A stretch of 64,000 nucleotides of DNA. Source: Felis catus (taxonomy: Eukaryota). Location: contig NC_058368.1 in assembly GCF_018350175.1 (NCBI RefSeq), positions 70,930,001-70,994,000 on the forward strand, given 5' to 3'. Numbering within the stretch: position 1 is the stretch's first letter; every line of letters starts with the position of its first letter. Made by a program: the position numbers and the translations under genes. Below are positions 35,061-48,346 of this stretch, one piece after another. The notes beneath the pieces are model-generated. The model worked only from the letters and a program-made list of their open reading frames with translations, ran no database searches and had not been told where the DNA came from.

Positions 35061-37900
35061 GCTTTACATGAGCCATTTTTGTAACTGTTCCATGTGTGCT
35101 TAAGAAAAATGTGTTGTTTCTGTTTAGTAGACTAGAGTTCTATGTATTTTTCCATTAGACCGAACTTGTTAATTATGTTGTTCAAATGTCCAAATCTTTA
35201 CTGACTTTTATGTGCTTGATATATCAATAAGTGAGAAGCTAGTTGAAATTTAGCCTCCAGTAGAGAATTTACCAGTCTCCCCCTATAGTTCTATCAATTT
35301 TTGCTGCTGGTAGTTTGAGCCTATGTTATTGGGTATATAAAAATAAGAATTATTATATCTTCCTTTTATATTGAATCATTTATAATTATGCACTGACCTT
35401 CTTTATCCTCTAAAATGCTTTTGCTTCAAAGTTTCTGTGGTCTGGGGCACCTAGCCAGTTAAACAACCCACTCTTGATTTTGGCCCAGGTCATGGCTCAT
35501 GGTTGTGAGATTGAGCCCTGGGTCCACTTTGCACTGAGAGTATGGAGACTGCTCAGGATTCTCTCTCTCCCTTTCACTCTGCCCCTCCCCCACTTACACA
35601 TGCTTGTGTGCACATTCTCTCTCTCACTCTCTTTCTCTCAAAATAAATAAATACACATTAAAAATAAATAACATTTCTTGGTCTGATATAAATACACCAT
35701 GTTTCTTTTGGTTAGCATCTGCCCAGTGTATTGTTTTTAGCCTTTTGCTTTCAACCTTTCCATATCGTTATGTTTTAAATATGTCTCCTATTGTTTTTAA
35801 AATTTTTATACCCATGTGGACAATCTGTGTCTTCTAACTGGAACATTAATCGACTTATTTTTTTTTTTTTAAGTAATCACTACACCCAACACAGGGCTCA
35901 AAGTCTCATGACCCCAAGATTAAGAGTCACATACTCTTCCAACTGAGCCAGCCATGCGCCCCTTCACTTATGTTTAATGTAGTTACTGATAAATTTAGAT
36001 TTATTTTTTTTTTAACGTTTATTTATTTTTGAGGCAGAGACAGAGCATGAATGGGGGAGGGTCAGAGAGAGGGAGACACAGAATCTGAAACAGGCTCCAG
36101 GCTCTGAGCTGTCACCACAGAGCCCGACGCGGGGCTCAAACTCACAGACCACGAGATCATGACCTGAGCCAAAGTCAGCCGCCCAACCGACTGAGCCACC
36201 CAGGTGCCCCAATAAATTTAGATTTAAATATACCATTACTTTTTGCCCTATTTTTCTCACTTATTTATTTTCTCATCTTTTCTGCCTTTTAAAGATAATT
36301 TTACTTTTTTGGTTTGTTTTCTTACTCCATGTTCTTCTTTTCATTTAGAACTTATGACTGTATTTCTAACTTTTATTGGTTACTCTTGAAATTTTACCAG
36401 GGTACTTAATGAAGCCTAAAATTTACCTGTTAATTCTTGTTCCTGGACAACACAAGAATTTTAGAAAACTTTAAATCCAGTCATCTCCCTTACAATTAAT
36501 GCTATTTTTGCTTAGTATTTCAATTATATCTTTTTAATCACACAAATTTCATATTATTACTATCATTATTTTATATATACAATTTTTATTTAAATTAACC
36601 TATATGCATTTTTTAAATATTTGTTCATTTTTGAGAGAGACAGTGTGCATACGCATGTGCACATGAGCAGGGGAGGGGCAGAGAGGGGGGGACAGAGGAT
36701 CTGAAGTGAGCTCTGCACTGACAGCAGAGAGTCCAATGTGGGGCTTGAACTCACCAACCAGGAAATCATGACCTGAGTGAAGTCAGATGCTTAATCGACT
36801 GAGCCACCCAGGCACCCTGAGATTAACCTGTGTGTATATATTATCACTTCTTTACCTCTCTCATTATTCCTTCTTTTACATTTCAGACCTTATTTCCAGG
36901 TCATCTTTCTTTCTCCTGATGTGCCCCCTTCAGAATTTCCCTATAGCAAAGGTTTGTTGATGGTGAACTCACGGTTTTTATTTATTTGAAAATGTCTTTG
37001 TTGTTTGGCTAAATAGAGAAATCTGGATTGACAGTTATTTTCTCTCAGAACTTTGAAGATATTATTTCATTATCTTCTCATTTCTCTTGTTGCTATTGGG
37101 AATGCCACTGCCAGTCTAAAAACGAGGTTACTTGCCTCTTCTTCTTTGGCTGCTTTTTTTTTTTTTTTAATGTTTATTAATTTTTGAGAGGGAGACAGAG
37201 CACGAGCAGGAAGGGGCAGAGAGAGAGGGAGACCCAGAATCCGAAGCAGGCTCCAGGCTCTGAGCTGTCGGCACAGAGCCCAACGCGGGGCTCAAACTCC
37301 CGAGCCGTGAGATCATGACCTGAGCTGAAGTCGGACACTCAACCGAGTGAGTCACCCAGGTGCCCCTTCTTTGGCTGCTTTTAAGATCTTCTTGTCTTTG
37401 GTGTACTGAAGTTTACTAAAATAATGATGAGATGTTGGCTTATTCCTCCTTCCCTTCTTTCTCCTTTTCCTTCCTTTACTAAGTATAAGTTGTTTTTCCT
37501 ATGTTTATGGATTCATGTCTTTTATCAGTTCTATAAAATTTCCACCATTAACAATTCAGATGGTGCTTCTATTCCAGTGTTTCTATTCTTTCCTTCAGAG
37601 ATGCCAAGTAGACCTATTTAAGAGCTTTTCATTCTATCCTCCTCGTTTCTTAGTGTCTTTTCACATTTTCTGTCTTTGTATCTGTCTATGCTACACTGCT
37701 GGTTAGTTCTTCATATCTTACCAACACTACTAATTCTCTTCAGTGTGTTTTATCTATTTTATGTATCCTCTGAGTTTTTAATTTTAATTGTTATAATTTT
37801 CCTATATAGAAGTTCTATTTGATTTTTTTTCATACCTACTTGGTATATTCTGAATCTATTTCAATTATTTTGCCTTTAAATCACGTTTTGTTGTTCACTG
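35061..37900 (-). mobile_element. Old fragmented L1M carrying five inserted CanSINEs
   Basis: T-rich L1 3'-like sequence. SINEs at about 35444-35670 (+), 35858-35962 (-), 36002-36210 (-), 36608-36818 (-) and 37158-37366 (-, TSD ttctttggctgctttt). Confidence 0.7.
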
Positions 37901-38349
37901 ATTCATACTCATGATATGAACCCATCCATATTGATAGGAATTATTCTTGGGAATCCTAACGGCCTAGAGTGGGAAGGTTTTCCTTCAAGGATAATTTGTG
38001 TTTACTTTTGCTGGGAGTCAGGGATATTACTGATTTGAAGCCTCAATTTGTTCTCCCCCACTTTACAGTGATTTCAGACTTAGTATCCTGATACTAGGTC
38101 TGATACAGGTATTTAGTTCCAAGCTTTCTTATTTTTCTGACGTTTCGTAAATCAGAAGTTAACTCAGTTTTGTTGTTGTAGTTGTTTTACATTGGCCTCT
38201 GGAAAATTCCCTTAACGTTCTTATGAGCCCAGCAATGTATTAAAAAGTACTTTTATTGAAATGTATCCATTTTATGGTTGGATGGCTCTTTAGAGAATGT
38301 CGTTTGCCATATTACCAAAGTAAAGTACCCATCCTTTAAAAATTTTATC

Positions 38350-38568
38350 GGGGCCCTTGGGTGGCTCAGTCGGTTAGGCATCCAACTTCGGCTCAGGTTA
38401 TGATCTCACAGTTTGTGAGTTTGAGCCCCACATCAGGCTCTGTGCTGACCACTCAGAGCCTGGAGCCTGCTCTGGATTCTGTGTCTCCTTCTCTCTCTCC
38501 CCTTCCTCCACTTGTGTTCTGGCTGTCTCTCAAAACTAAATAAACATTTTTAAAAATTTAAAAAATGT
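38350..38568 (+). mobile_element. CanSINE
   Basis: Head, body and A tail. Confidence 0.92.
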
Positions 38569-40272
38569 TTAAATTATAAACTTGAAAAGAATCTAAGTCT
38601 AAACTTAATTAAACTTAAATTATAAACTTGAAAAGCCTAAAATTCATTTTTACACATAAAAAGTCGAATAGTTTTGAAATAAAGCAGCCCCTAAACATCA
38701 TTCCATTTCTCCTCTCCAGAGGCAGTGCATTTTATCTCTTCTAGCTTATTCTTGTGGCATTTATTTCCCTATGTCTAAGTGATACACTTCTTGACTTATT
38801 TTTTCAGTTTCAGGCATGATATTGACTCCTTGCTATAGGATTTACCCGCACCACCACCACCCTTAATACTATATGTGAATTTCCTCATCCCTCAATTATC
38901 CAATAAAATTATATATAACTTTTATAAGATTAGTATCTAGTGTAAAAACTATTTGGAGTTTATGTAGCAGTAAGCTGATTACCTTTTTTCTCTGCCAACC
39001 TGTTGTTTACCCTGAAGTTTGTAATTATTTTTTTTTCCTCTGATTTCGTTTTGTATTCAGTTCTCACTAATTCAAAACTCACCTCTTCACTAATTATCTA
39101 AATCTTTTCTAAATATGTTCAGAAGCATTCAGTATTTTGTTTCATCTTTTTGGGGAAATGTCTCCTTTTGTCTTCTGATCCCTTATAGTTGTTCCTGAGA
39201 GAAAGTTCCCTTCTGAAGGACAAAAGCAACTTATATGAACATAGTATCATTTTGTTTTTCTAATTTGATTTGTAAGTAGTGGAGATGTGTTAGGATTTAT
39301 GGTCATGTGGGGTCTTTACTTAGCCTTTAAGAAGCCAAAGAAGGGCTGAATTGTAATTTAAGGAAGGCCTTTCTGTGGGAACCTAAGGTAATAAAATCTG
39401 GGATGTCACTTGTGGGCGCCTTGATTTGATACCAGCAGCCCAGTTCAGTGGAAAGGGTAGGGGATTTGGCACCAGAAAACATATTGAAATGTCCTAATTT
39501 TAACACTATCTGACCAGGAAACTCAAGTCTCAAATTTCAAGAACCTCTGTGTCCTTATCTGGCCCCTGAGATACGCGGTAATGAAACCTGCACCACATAC
39601 CACAAGACCAGCTGTGAGGCTCAAATAGAAAAGCACTTTGTAAACTCTCGAGTGCTATATAAATATTTGTTTAAGTAGTGGTATCATTCTTAAAGGAATA
39701 AAATTTAGAAAATTTAGAATAGATAGCATATTCCTTAAGATGACTTTTTCACATAGAAGAATGTAATTTGACGGTTAAGAACACAGATATTAGAGTCATA
39801 CTGCCTATATCTGGATTCTGGTAACATCTTGTCCTAATAGTGTGACCTTAAGCAAATTACTCTACTTCTCTGTGCCTCAATTTTCCCTCTGTAAGCACTG
39901 TATGAGTGTTTGGTAAATATCTAAAGAGCAATTGTCGTAACTATACTCCTGGCCAAGGGCCTGATGCATCAATTCAAGTTTCCTTATAATGCCAAGTTTC
40001 ACTGGTATTGATTCACACCTTAGATTCTTGATTTTTGTAGGGTAATATAGGTCCCAGGTAGGTTTTTGCTCTAGATGTGATGGAGTTTGCTAATTTTGCT
40101 ATTTTTTTAAACCTTCCTCTAAAAATGGTAGACAGGGCACCTGGGTGGCTCAGTTAAACAGCCAACTCTTGATTTTGGCTCAGGTTATGATCTCCCAGTT
40201 TGTGAAATTGAGCCCCACATGAGGCTCTGCAATGACAGTGTGGAGCCTGCTTGGGATTCTCTCTCTCTCCCT

Positions 40273-40368
40273 CTCCGTCTCCCTCTCCGTCTCCCTCTCC
40301 GTCTCCTTCTCCGTCTCCTTCTCCGTCTCCTTCTCCGTCTCCCTCTCCGTCTCCCTCTCCGTCTCCAT
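40273..40368. repeat. 12-bp minisatellite (CTCCGTCTCCHT)8
   Basis: Eight units with CCGT at exact 12-bp spacing. Confidence 0.95.
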
Positions 40369-40419
40369 CTCTCCCTCTCTACTCCTCCCCTGCTCACCCT
40401 CACTTTCTCTCTGTCTTTT

Positions 40420-40658
40420 TTTTTTTTTTAATTTTTTTTTTCAACTTTTATTTTTATTTTTGGGACAGAGAGAGAGAGAGAGAGAGAGAGAGCATGAACG
40501 GGGGAGGGGCAGAGAGAGAGGGAGACACAGAATCGGAAGCAGGCTCCAGGCTCTGAGCCATCAGCCCAGAGCCTGACGCGGGGCTCGAACTCACAGACCT
40601 CGAGATCGTGACCTGGCTGAAGTCGGACGCTTAACCGACTGCGCCACCCAGGCGCCCC
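40420..40658 (-). mobile_element. Young SINEC_Fc-type element (nested)
   Basis: TSD tctctgtctttt at 40408-40419 and 40659-40670. Confidence 0.95.
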
Positions 40659-40704
40659 TCTCTGTCTTTTAAATAAATAAACATTTAAAAACGGCAGATA
40701 GATA

Positions 40705-40927
40705 GGGGTGCCTGGGTGGCTCTGTTGGTTAAGCTTCCGACTCTTGATTTCAGCTCAGGTCATGATCTAGCATGAACTTGCGAGTTCGAGTCCCATGTCA
40801 GGCTGCTCACTCACAATGCGGAGCCTGCTTGGGATTCAAATCTTTCTTTTTCTTTCTGCCCCTTCTCTGCTCTCTCTCTCACTCTCTCAAAATAAATAAA
40901 TAAACTTAAAAGAAATACAAAATAAAT
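40705..40927 (+). mobile_element. CanSINE
   Basis: Head and A tail, followed by aaaaatggtagaca. Confidence 0.92.
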
Positions 40928-42011
40928 AAAAATGGTAGACAAAGAAAAGACTCTAGAGACAAAAATAACACGTTTTCTCTCTAGTTCCCTCACAGATTTC
41001 TTAACACTAGGTGGCTAGAGACAACTCTCCTAGGAATATCTCACTTATTTTTTTCTTAGGAAGCCAGAGAAGAGATTCTCTTTCTTGAGCAGCTAAGTAG
41101 TAAATTTTTACTTTGCATTTCTGTGCTGGGTACTTGAACAGTTTTTGGCAGAAAGGGAGTAAGAAAATGGTAAAGAAAAGTATCCAAATCTGCCTGTGAG
41201 GGCTGGGCCCCGTGAGAATGGTTAGAGCAAGGGAGATCTAGGCTGTGGTCTGTGTCCAGAAAGACCCGTTTACAATGACATTCTCCATTATGGGAAACAG
41301 AAGGAGGAGGACTGTCACAGAGCCTCCCTCAGCAGACTGTCGAGGTGAGCCCCTGGTTGGGGATTGGAACAGAGGCCCCCTTCCCCACCACTTGCTCTGC
41401 TTGCCATAGGACCTAGGACTTACAGGAGGATCCTCCTGTCAAAGCTGCCCACCATCGCAAAAAGCAAGAGGAAGCCATTTGCCTTCTAAGCAATAGCCAG
41501 TGCCTCAGAAGCCCCATAGGATCATTCTATGAGGCCATCTTCTTTGAATGCTTCTGCTCTCTCTATCCACCTTGGGTATCAGGACACATGTGAGGCCTAA
41601 AGGAAGGTTAGTGGTTGTGATGGAGACAACAATTGGGGGCAACACTGCAAAGGCAAGAGGAGTGCAATTGTGTCCCCAGCAGCGAGCCACTTTCTAAGTT
41701 CTCTTCACAAGCAGTAATTTAAAAAGCACTCCTCATCACTTGTCAGACTGCAGAACCCGGGAGTCATTGCATTTGCCAGTATGAGTTGCTCATTAAGAAA
41801 CCCCAAATATCAATCAAGGTCATTGGCTTATTATCATTTGAGAAATAGAAATGCGATTTCCTGACAGTCATTTAAAGCCAGTTAACTTTTGAGTTCCTCC
41901 GTAATGCCTTTAATTGTCATACGGATGGAAGATCCTTTTCTACCCCAAATGCACATATTCTGGCTAATCTATGCTTTCTCATTTGGCTTCTTTTCGTGCA
42001 CAAGTGTGTAT

Positions 42012-42012
<1 letters not shown>

Positions 42013-42041
<29 letters not shown>
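42013..42041. repeat. (CA)n microsatellite
   Basis: Directly visible. Confidence 0.95.
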
Positions 42042-42043
<2 letters not shown>

Positions 42044-43221
42044 GTTCACAGACACCAAACTCCTATTTGTACTTACAGTAAGCACACACAAATCCACTTG
42101 GCTAAATTCTATACCTCCGTGCTGTTACTTCGGTTGAAATAAATTCGTAGAGTAGTGAGGTATATCCTCCCCACAGGGAGAAAGCTAACTGATGTGCAAA
42201 GAATGATTAAATGTATACAGGGGTGTGGGGAACTCACTCTTCTTCAATAGGGGTGGGAAATTGGGATGGAAGGCTCCTCTCCCAGGGGCTGTGCCTTTAG
42301 TAAAAGACTTGAGAGCTTGGGAGATTTCTTCAATAGGAATTGGGGTATCTGTGAGTCTTTTTGGAACAGTATGGAAAGCTGAACTGTGCTTAGGAACTCT
42401 GCAAGGTGTTTTTGATCCTTAAACGTTCTGATATAAAAACCTATCCAGGTTTTCATAAAAGTAGTAAAGTGTTTTCAGTCTTTTATCAATCCCTTCATGC
42501 CCTTAAATAACCTTTCCCCTTTTGTGGAGTAATTGCTCTAACCTCCCCCCAAAAAACCCTGACCTTCCCCCCCCACCCCTCATTGTTTATTCTTCAGAAC
42601 AGGTTCTTCATAATGCAAGGATTCAAATATCTCTATTAGGGTCATAATCATCAGCAATTTCCATTTAATGAACTCAACAAAATCTCTTTACAAAGAAATG
42701 TAGGCTTCAAATCACCAGTTACGTCTTTTCCTGCAATTCCTAGGAATCCAATTAAATAAGACAGTATCATATATAATATGATATACCTGACTATGGAAAG
42801 CCCAAGCCTACAACAGATCTTTGAGCATAAAATTAAGATTGAAAGAAAGGAACCAAGTTTAAATGAGCTAAAACTTTATAAAAGTAGAAACTATAGTCAT
42901 TTCCTCCAAAATGAAGTAAGATATAACTTGGAATCTATAGTGAAAATCATTAAACATGCTTATTCCAAATTTAGCTACCAATTAAAATCTCTTCTTTTTT
43001 ATCAAGGAGCCACAGGTGATTTTCACAAAATAAACCCAGGAGGTTTCAGTTTGCTAAATCTCTGTGACTAAAGAACTGAGTACACATAGCTACCACCAAA
43101 ATGAAGGGGATACAACATGAAATTTTGCAGCACAACATACTTGGTATCAAAAAATCGTGTATTTTTCAAGTTTTCTTATTTCAGTGGCCACAATTTGTAA
43201 GTATTAAATACCACTATATTT

Positions 43222-43440
43222 TCTTTTTAAAAATTTTTTTTTAATGTTTATTTTTGAGAGAGAGAGAGAGAGAGAGACAGATTGCAAGTGGGGAGAGGGG
43301 TGGAGAGAGAGGGAGACGCAGTATCTGAAGCAGGATCCATGCTCTGAACTGTCAGCACAGAGCCTGATGCAGGGCTCGAACTCATGAACCGTGAGATCAT
43401 GACCTGAGCTGAAGTCGATTGAGCCACCCAGGTGCCCCCC
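43222..43440 (-). mobile_element. CanSINE
   Basis: TSD ccaYYatattttc. Confidence 0.92.
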
Positions 43441-44659
43441 CCACCATATTTTCAATAATAAATTAGTGGGTATATTTTAAGGCATAATTTAACATTTTGA
43501 TTTAGAGAGGTGATTAAGAATTAATATACTTTTGCCATGTATTTTTAAATACACCAGAGCTTCTCAGGATGATGATAACTTAATTCTTATTCAATACCTG
43601 CTGTGTAGGTTCGGGAAGATGGTGTTTTAATGGGAAAAGAAAAGTAAAGTGTGGCTTGTCAGAGGCAAATGTCAAGTCAAAAATTAACCCAAGGCATTAC
43701 CTGCCTCTCTAATAAAGATAGGCTGCCTGTTTCAGATATGTTTTTGCAACTTTTTCCCATTTGATCAATTGTGCTAGCCATTCAGGGGTCATGAATTAAC
43801 CTCCAGAAGTTAGCAGTTGTGCCCTGAATTTCCACCTAAATCTAGTCTAAAAAGCACATATTCTCGGGAAAAGTATTGATTAGCTCTAGATAACTACACT
43901 GAAAAGACCTTCCTAGACATGTGTCAGAAGAGCAAAAGCCTAGAGAGAAAGATGAGCCAGGGAGCTGGCCTAAGATGAAAGTAGGCTTTGCAAAGATGCC
44001 TCAAGTTTTTCCAGTAGAGGATGAATTCTTAGAGCCTCCCAGGATAGAAAAATGAAGCTAAGATTGAACCCCAGTAAGCTTTTCAACTAAGCCATTCATC
44101 CACATCATCTAATCACCTTTCCCTAGTAGCAGGGGAAGGCTGATGATCTGGCCCAACTGCTACAGGGTATGAGAATGTCAAGAGCTTCTCTTTCCTGGAG
44201 CTGTGGATGGCTAGATACATGGGGGGAAGGAACGTAGGAAAGTAGAGCCAATAAATGGAAGGAAGTTCCAAGTAGCCTGTCAAAGCAAAGGATCCTGAAG
44301 TGAGTATGAAGCACCCAAGTTTGGAGTCAAGATACGAGAGAACTCCCATTGGTCAGGAACTCCCACTGTCTAGGCTGGGAGCTATTACTGAGTTTCTCCA
44401 CATTTCCCCTAGAGACATACTCCACATATCAGCCATCAGTTCTGAGAGTCAGCCATCAGTTCTGAGGGTCAGAGCAGGGATGGGAATTATCAGAAGTCCG
44501 TCCTGAGTTCTACTTGGATTCTGGATTTTGGTCCATTCCTGGGCCAAAAAGGCAGTTATCTACAATCATTCTTTCTGGTCTCTGCCCTAGGAGGAATGAG
44601 CCTTGGTGCTGGCCATGGTGCTGAAGGTGGTGTAGGAACAATTCTAGAGAACATTTAGA

Positions 44660-44830
44660 ACATTCCTGTGTGCCAACACTATTTCTAAGTCTTTGCATGG
44701 ATTCCCTCATTTCAGGTTCACAGCACCTCTGTGGAAGTGGTGCTATTATTCGCATTGACAGATAAGGAGAGTGGAATACAGAGAGGTTAACAAACTTGCC
44801 CAATGTCACAAAGCCAATAAGTGGGGAAGC
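44660..44830 (-). mobile_element. MIR fragment
   Basis: cattgacagataaggagagtggaatacagagaggttaacaaacttgcccaatgtcaca. Confidence 0.75.
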
Positions 44831-46533
44831 CAGGTAGTCTACACCCTAGAGCTTCACTTGTGGCCACTACATTTGCTAATGAAAATTATTATCAGAGCCA
44901 TGCAGAACTTACCAAATTTTCACTTGTCCAAGTCTTGTCCAAGCAGAAGCAAGCTATGGTTCCCTATCTCAAGTTGCCAGAGAGGCTGCTGTGGTTTGGC
45001 ATCTTGGAGAGCCAGACACAGCAGTGAAGACTGGTTGGGTGCACAGAAAGAGTGGCTCACTTACTCCATCATAACGGTCATTACGCCTTAATGTACTGAC
45101 TTGTTCCACACCTGCTTTCCTGATAGACTCAACTATGTGCAGAGGGTGCCAGTGTATCCCAACAGCTTACCCCGGTGCTTGGTACATAGTAGGTACTCAG
45201 CAAACGTTTGATGAATACATGCATTACATGTGATCAATATATATAATGATGACACATGCACCATTTCAACATTAATAGAAGCACCGTAAACTTGTTAAAA
45301 TATGAAAAAAAAAAGATAGAAACACTGTGTTGTGGAAAATATAGTCTCTTTGTATTTTGTATTTGTCATGCTCCATCTTGGGAGTTATGTGAAGTTTGGA
45401 ATGCGTCTTAATCTCTTATAGATGCATCTATACAGACAAATGAAACGAAGACCTAAGGTCATGATTTGGACAGTTTGAATGCTTAAACACATGTATGATT
45501 GAACTTTTGTTATATGTTAGATTTGGGATCTTGTGCTGTATTTGAGATTTGGAGTTTTATAGTATCTCAGGAAGGTAGTTCCTATTGACATGAAAATAAC
45601 TCTGAAGTGTATGAGTGTTCTGTTGTAACAGTTTGTAGTGGCAATTACAGCATATTCCAACCAAATTTCCCATTTTGAAGCCTGTTTGTTGTTTGATTTT
45701 TGTCAAACCATATTTTTGTCGTGTTGTATTAACATGCAGAAGATTTCCATATCTGTCATGGTAACTCTTTCCCAGCACGCGTGTGTTTTTAAACAACACT
45801 CCACAGCTGAGCTCTTGGAGGACCGGCCTATTTTGACAGCTCCCCTTAGTCCGTGTATCACCAAGCTCATTCTCTGCCAATATGTTTCACATGATTCTCT
45901 GGACATGTGTAGCGCACTTGTGCAACTTGCAAACACCCATACATTATTACAATAATAATTGGGTTTTGATGCAACTGGAACTCAGTACTACCAAGCTGCC
46001 AGCATTTCCTTTTGGCTACCAGTACTAGGCAGGAAAATTATAGTCTAACTGTCTTCCTGTTTATTGATAAACAAAGTGGCCAGCCCAGCAATGGAGCCTG
46101 ATTAGCAGTTTGCACCCTTTGTGAAAGGATAAACAGAACCCTACTGTTTTCTGTGTTTGACTGCAATTTGCATCTTTAAAGAGGTTGGACTGCCCTGAGA
46201 TTCATGTTCAACTTCCGAGTGCCTGAATATTCTTTGATATGTTACATGTCAGCCTCCTTGTTTTCTTCTCCTTCATCTTGAAACAATATTTGCCAGCATA
46301 TCTTTGTTCCCATCTGGCCAACCATAAGCTTCCTGAGTCACCTGTCTGAAGGAGGAGGAAGGAGGGTGGTGGGAGAAATATGTCTCTGTTTCACCACACT
46401 TGAATTTTGCATTCCCAGAAGGCCCTTTAATGCCAACTCAACTCCATTTTTGAAGAGAGGATAATATAGGAATGAAGAGGCAAAGACAAAAGGAAATCTG
46501 ATTACCACTCTTGCTGGCCCACAAGATCATTTT

Positions 46534-46663
46534 TTTTTTAATATATGAAATTTATTGTCAAATTGGTTTCCATACAACACCCAGTGCTCATCCCAAAGGA
46601 TGCCCTCTTCAATACCCATTACCCACTCTCCCCTCCCCCCCACCCCCCATCAGCCCTCAGTTT
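46534..46663 (-). mobile_element. 5'-truncated felid L1 (L1_Fc-like) insertion
   Basis: aatatatgaaatttattgtcaaattggtttccatacaacacccagtgctcatccc; perfect 14-bp TSD cacaagatcatttt at 46520-46533 and 46664-46677. Confidence 0.92.
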
Positions 46664-48124
46664 CACAAGATCATTTTGAGGGCCCTTTGCCTTCCCTTAT
46701 CTTCACCCATCCTCCAAAAAATGCCCTCCCCTTTGTAAAGTGAAATACGCTATTAGCCTCCACCTCAAATTTGGTGTAGTATTCTATTCTGAAATTAATT
46801 TGAACCTAATTAGATTCTTTAAATATTAATAGAACAAATAGTTGGCTCCCCCATAACTATTTTCAAATGAAAGAAATGAAGATCATTTTAACTTGAATTT
46901 GCATGATGAAAAAGGGAGCATTAGTAAACATGGATTAATCTGTTTAAGTACATTTTTCCCATAGTCCTTACCATATATAAACATTTATTCTGCCTTAGAG
47001 ATATTGCATGATTGGACCCATGAGACTGGTTCTCCACTGAACAGTTTCCTTTTAAAACTTCAAAAGAAATATTATATATTTAATGGAGGTGTAGTATAGT
47101 TAGAAATGAATTGTACCTCAGCTATTTTGTTAATGCCAATAGGGATTAAATTCGATTTTATAGCTGTTGTAGAAGTCTATTTGGTAGCTAACAAGTGGGA
47201 TTTTTAAATCCTGGAAAACATAATCCTATTATAAAACAGGCAGCTGAATTAACATTACCCAGGAAGGTTCTCTTCATGGATTAGCATTTTTTGACAATAA
47301 CAAAGAAAATCATCAAATTCTATGGGGATATTACATGCTTTTCTCAAAAGTCAGAACAGCGAATTGGGGAAAAAGAGCAAGATAAATGACCAAACATGCT
47401 ATTACTTAGATTGTTTCTTTTGAAGAAGAGCAGTGGATGCTGGGAAGTACAGCTGAGTGTGGCCTTGTCTGTAATAATGGCACATGCTCTGGAGTTGAAA
47501 ACGTGGCCTTGCTGATTTATGTGTTGGTGCTGTACCTTCAGTTGTTCGTATTTACATCAGTAATTCTCTACTCCTGGTTTCCTTGTGTGGTCACCAAAGG
47601 GCAAAACAGTCACTATGAACCAGAGTCTGTGAATTAAAATACAAGTTGGTGATGGAATAAATACTACTTCCTGTGAAATTAAGAATACTCCTCCAGTTAT
47701 TATTAGAGCCTAGAATCTGAGAATTCTAGAGCTGGAAATGACCTTGACATTTCTTTTCTTTCACTTTTATAGTTTTATTCTAAGTTTTAAACACCACAAA
47801 AAGATGAATCTCAATCTCTTTCATATACACTCGTACACACTGCATGCATACACATCTATACTTAGCGTGGATAGGTGGACTTTTTTTCTGAAGAAGAACC
47901 TTTCTTCTTTGGTTTTGGCTTGTAGTGAGGCTTATTATTAGAGCTTACAGGACTTGCCAATTTTCATTTGCATGGCTATCATCTTAGCAGATAATCACAT
48001 GGGTTTCAATCATGGCATATCATAGTGTTAGATAATTGCACAGGCATAATCACATGTGGGTCTGGAGTAAGTCATCACATGGGCATCAATTCCATCTGTA
48101 GGGAGGAAGGTAAATTGCATTAGA

Positions 48125-48346
48125 GGGGCGCCTGGGTGGCGCAGTCGGTTAAGCGTCTGACTTCAGCCAGGTCACGATCTCGCGCTCCGTGAGTTCGAGC
48201 CCCGCGTCAGGCTCTGGGCTGATGGCTCAGGGCCTGGAGCCTGTTTCCGATTCTGTGTCTCCCTCTCTCTGCCCCTCCCCCGTTCATGCTCTGTCTCTCT
48301 CTGTCCCAAAAATAAATAAACGTTGAAAAAAAAAATTAAAAAAAAA
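48125..48346 (+). mobile_element. Young SINEC_Fc-type element
   Basis: Perfect TSD aaattgcattaga at 48112-48124 and 48347-48359. Confidence 0.95.

Larger units (their letters stand above)
40135..40690 (+). mobile_element. CanSINE hosting a minisatellite and a nested SINE
   Basis: Head at 40135; the tail resumes at 40671 after the nested element. Confidence 0.9.

Noticed and set aside
40180..40576. SP-repeat, poly-R and ETER-repeat ORFs
   Set aside because: Translations of the 12-bp minisatellite and SINE sequence.
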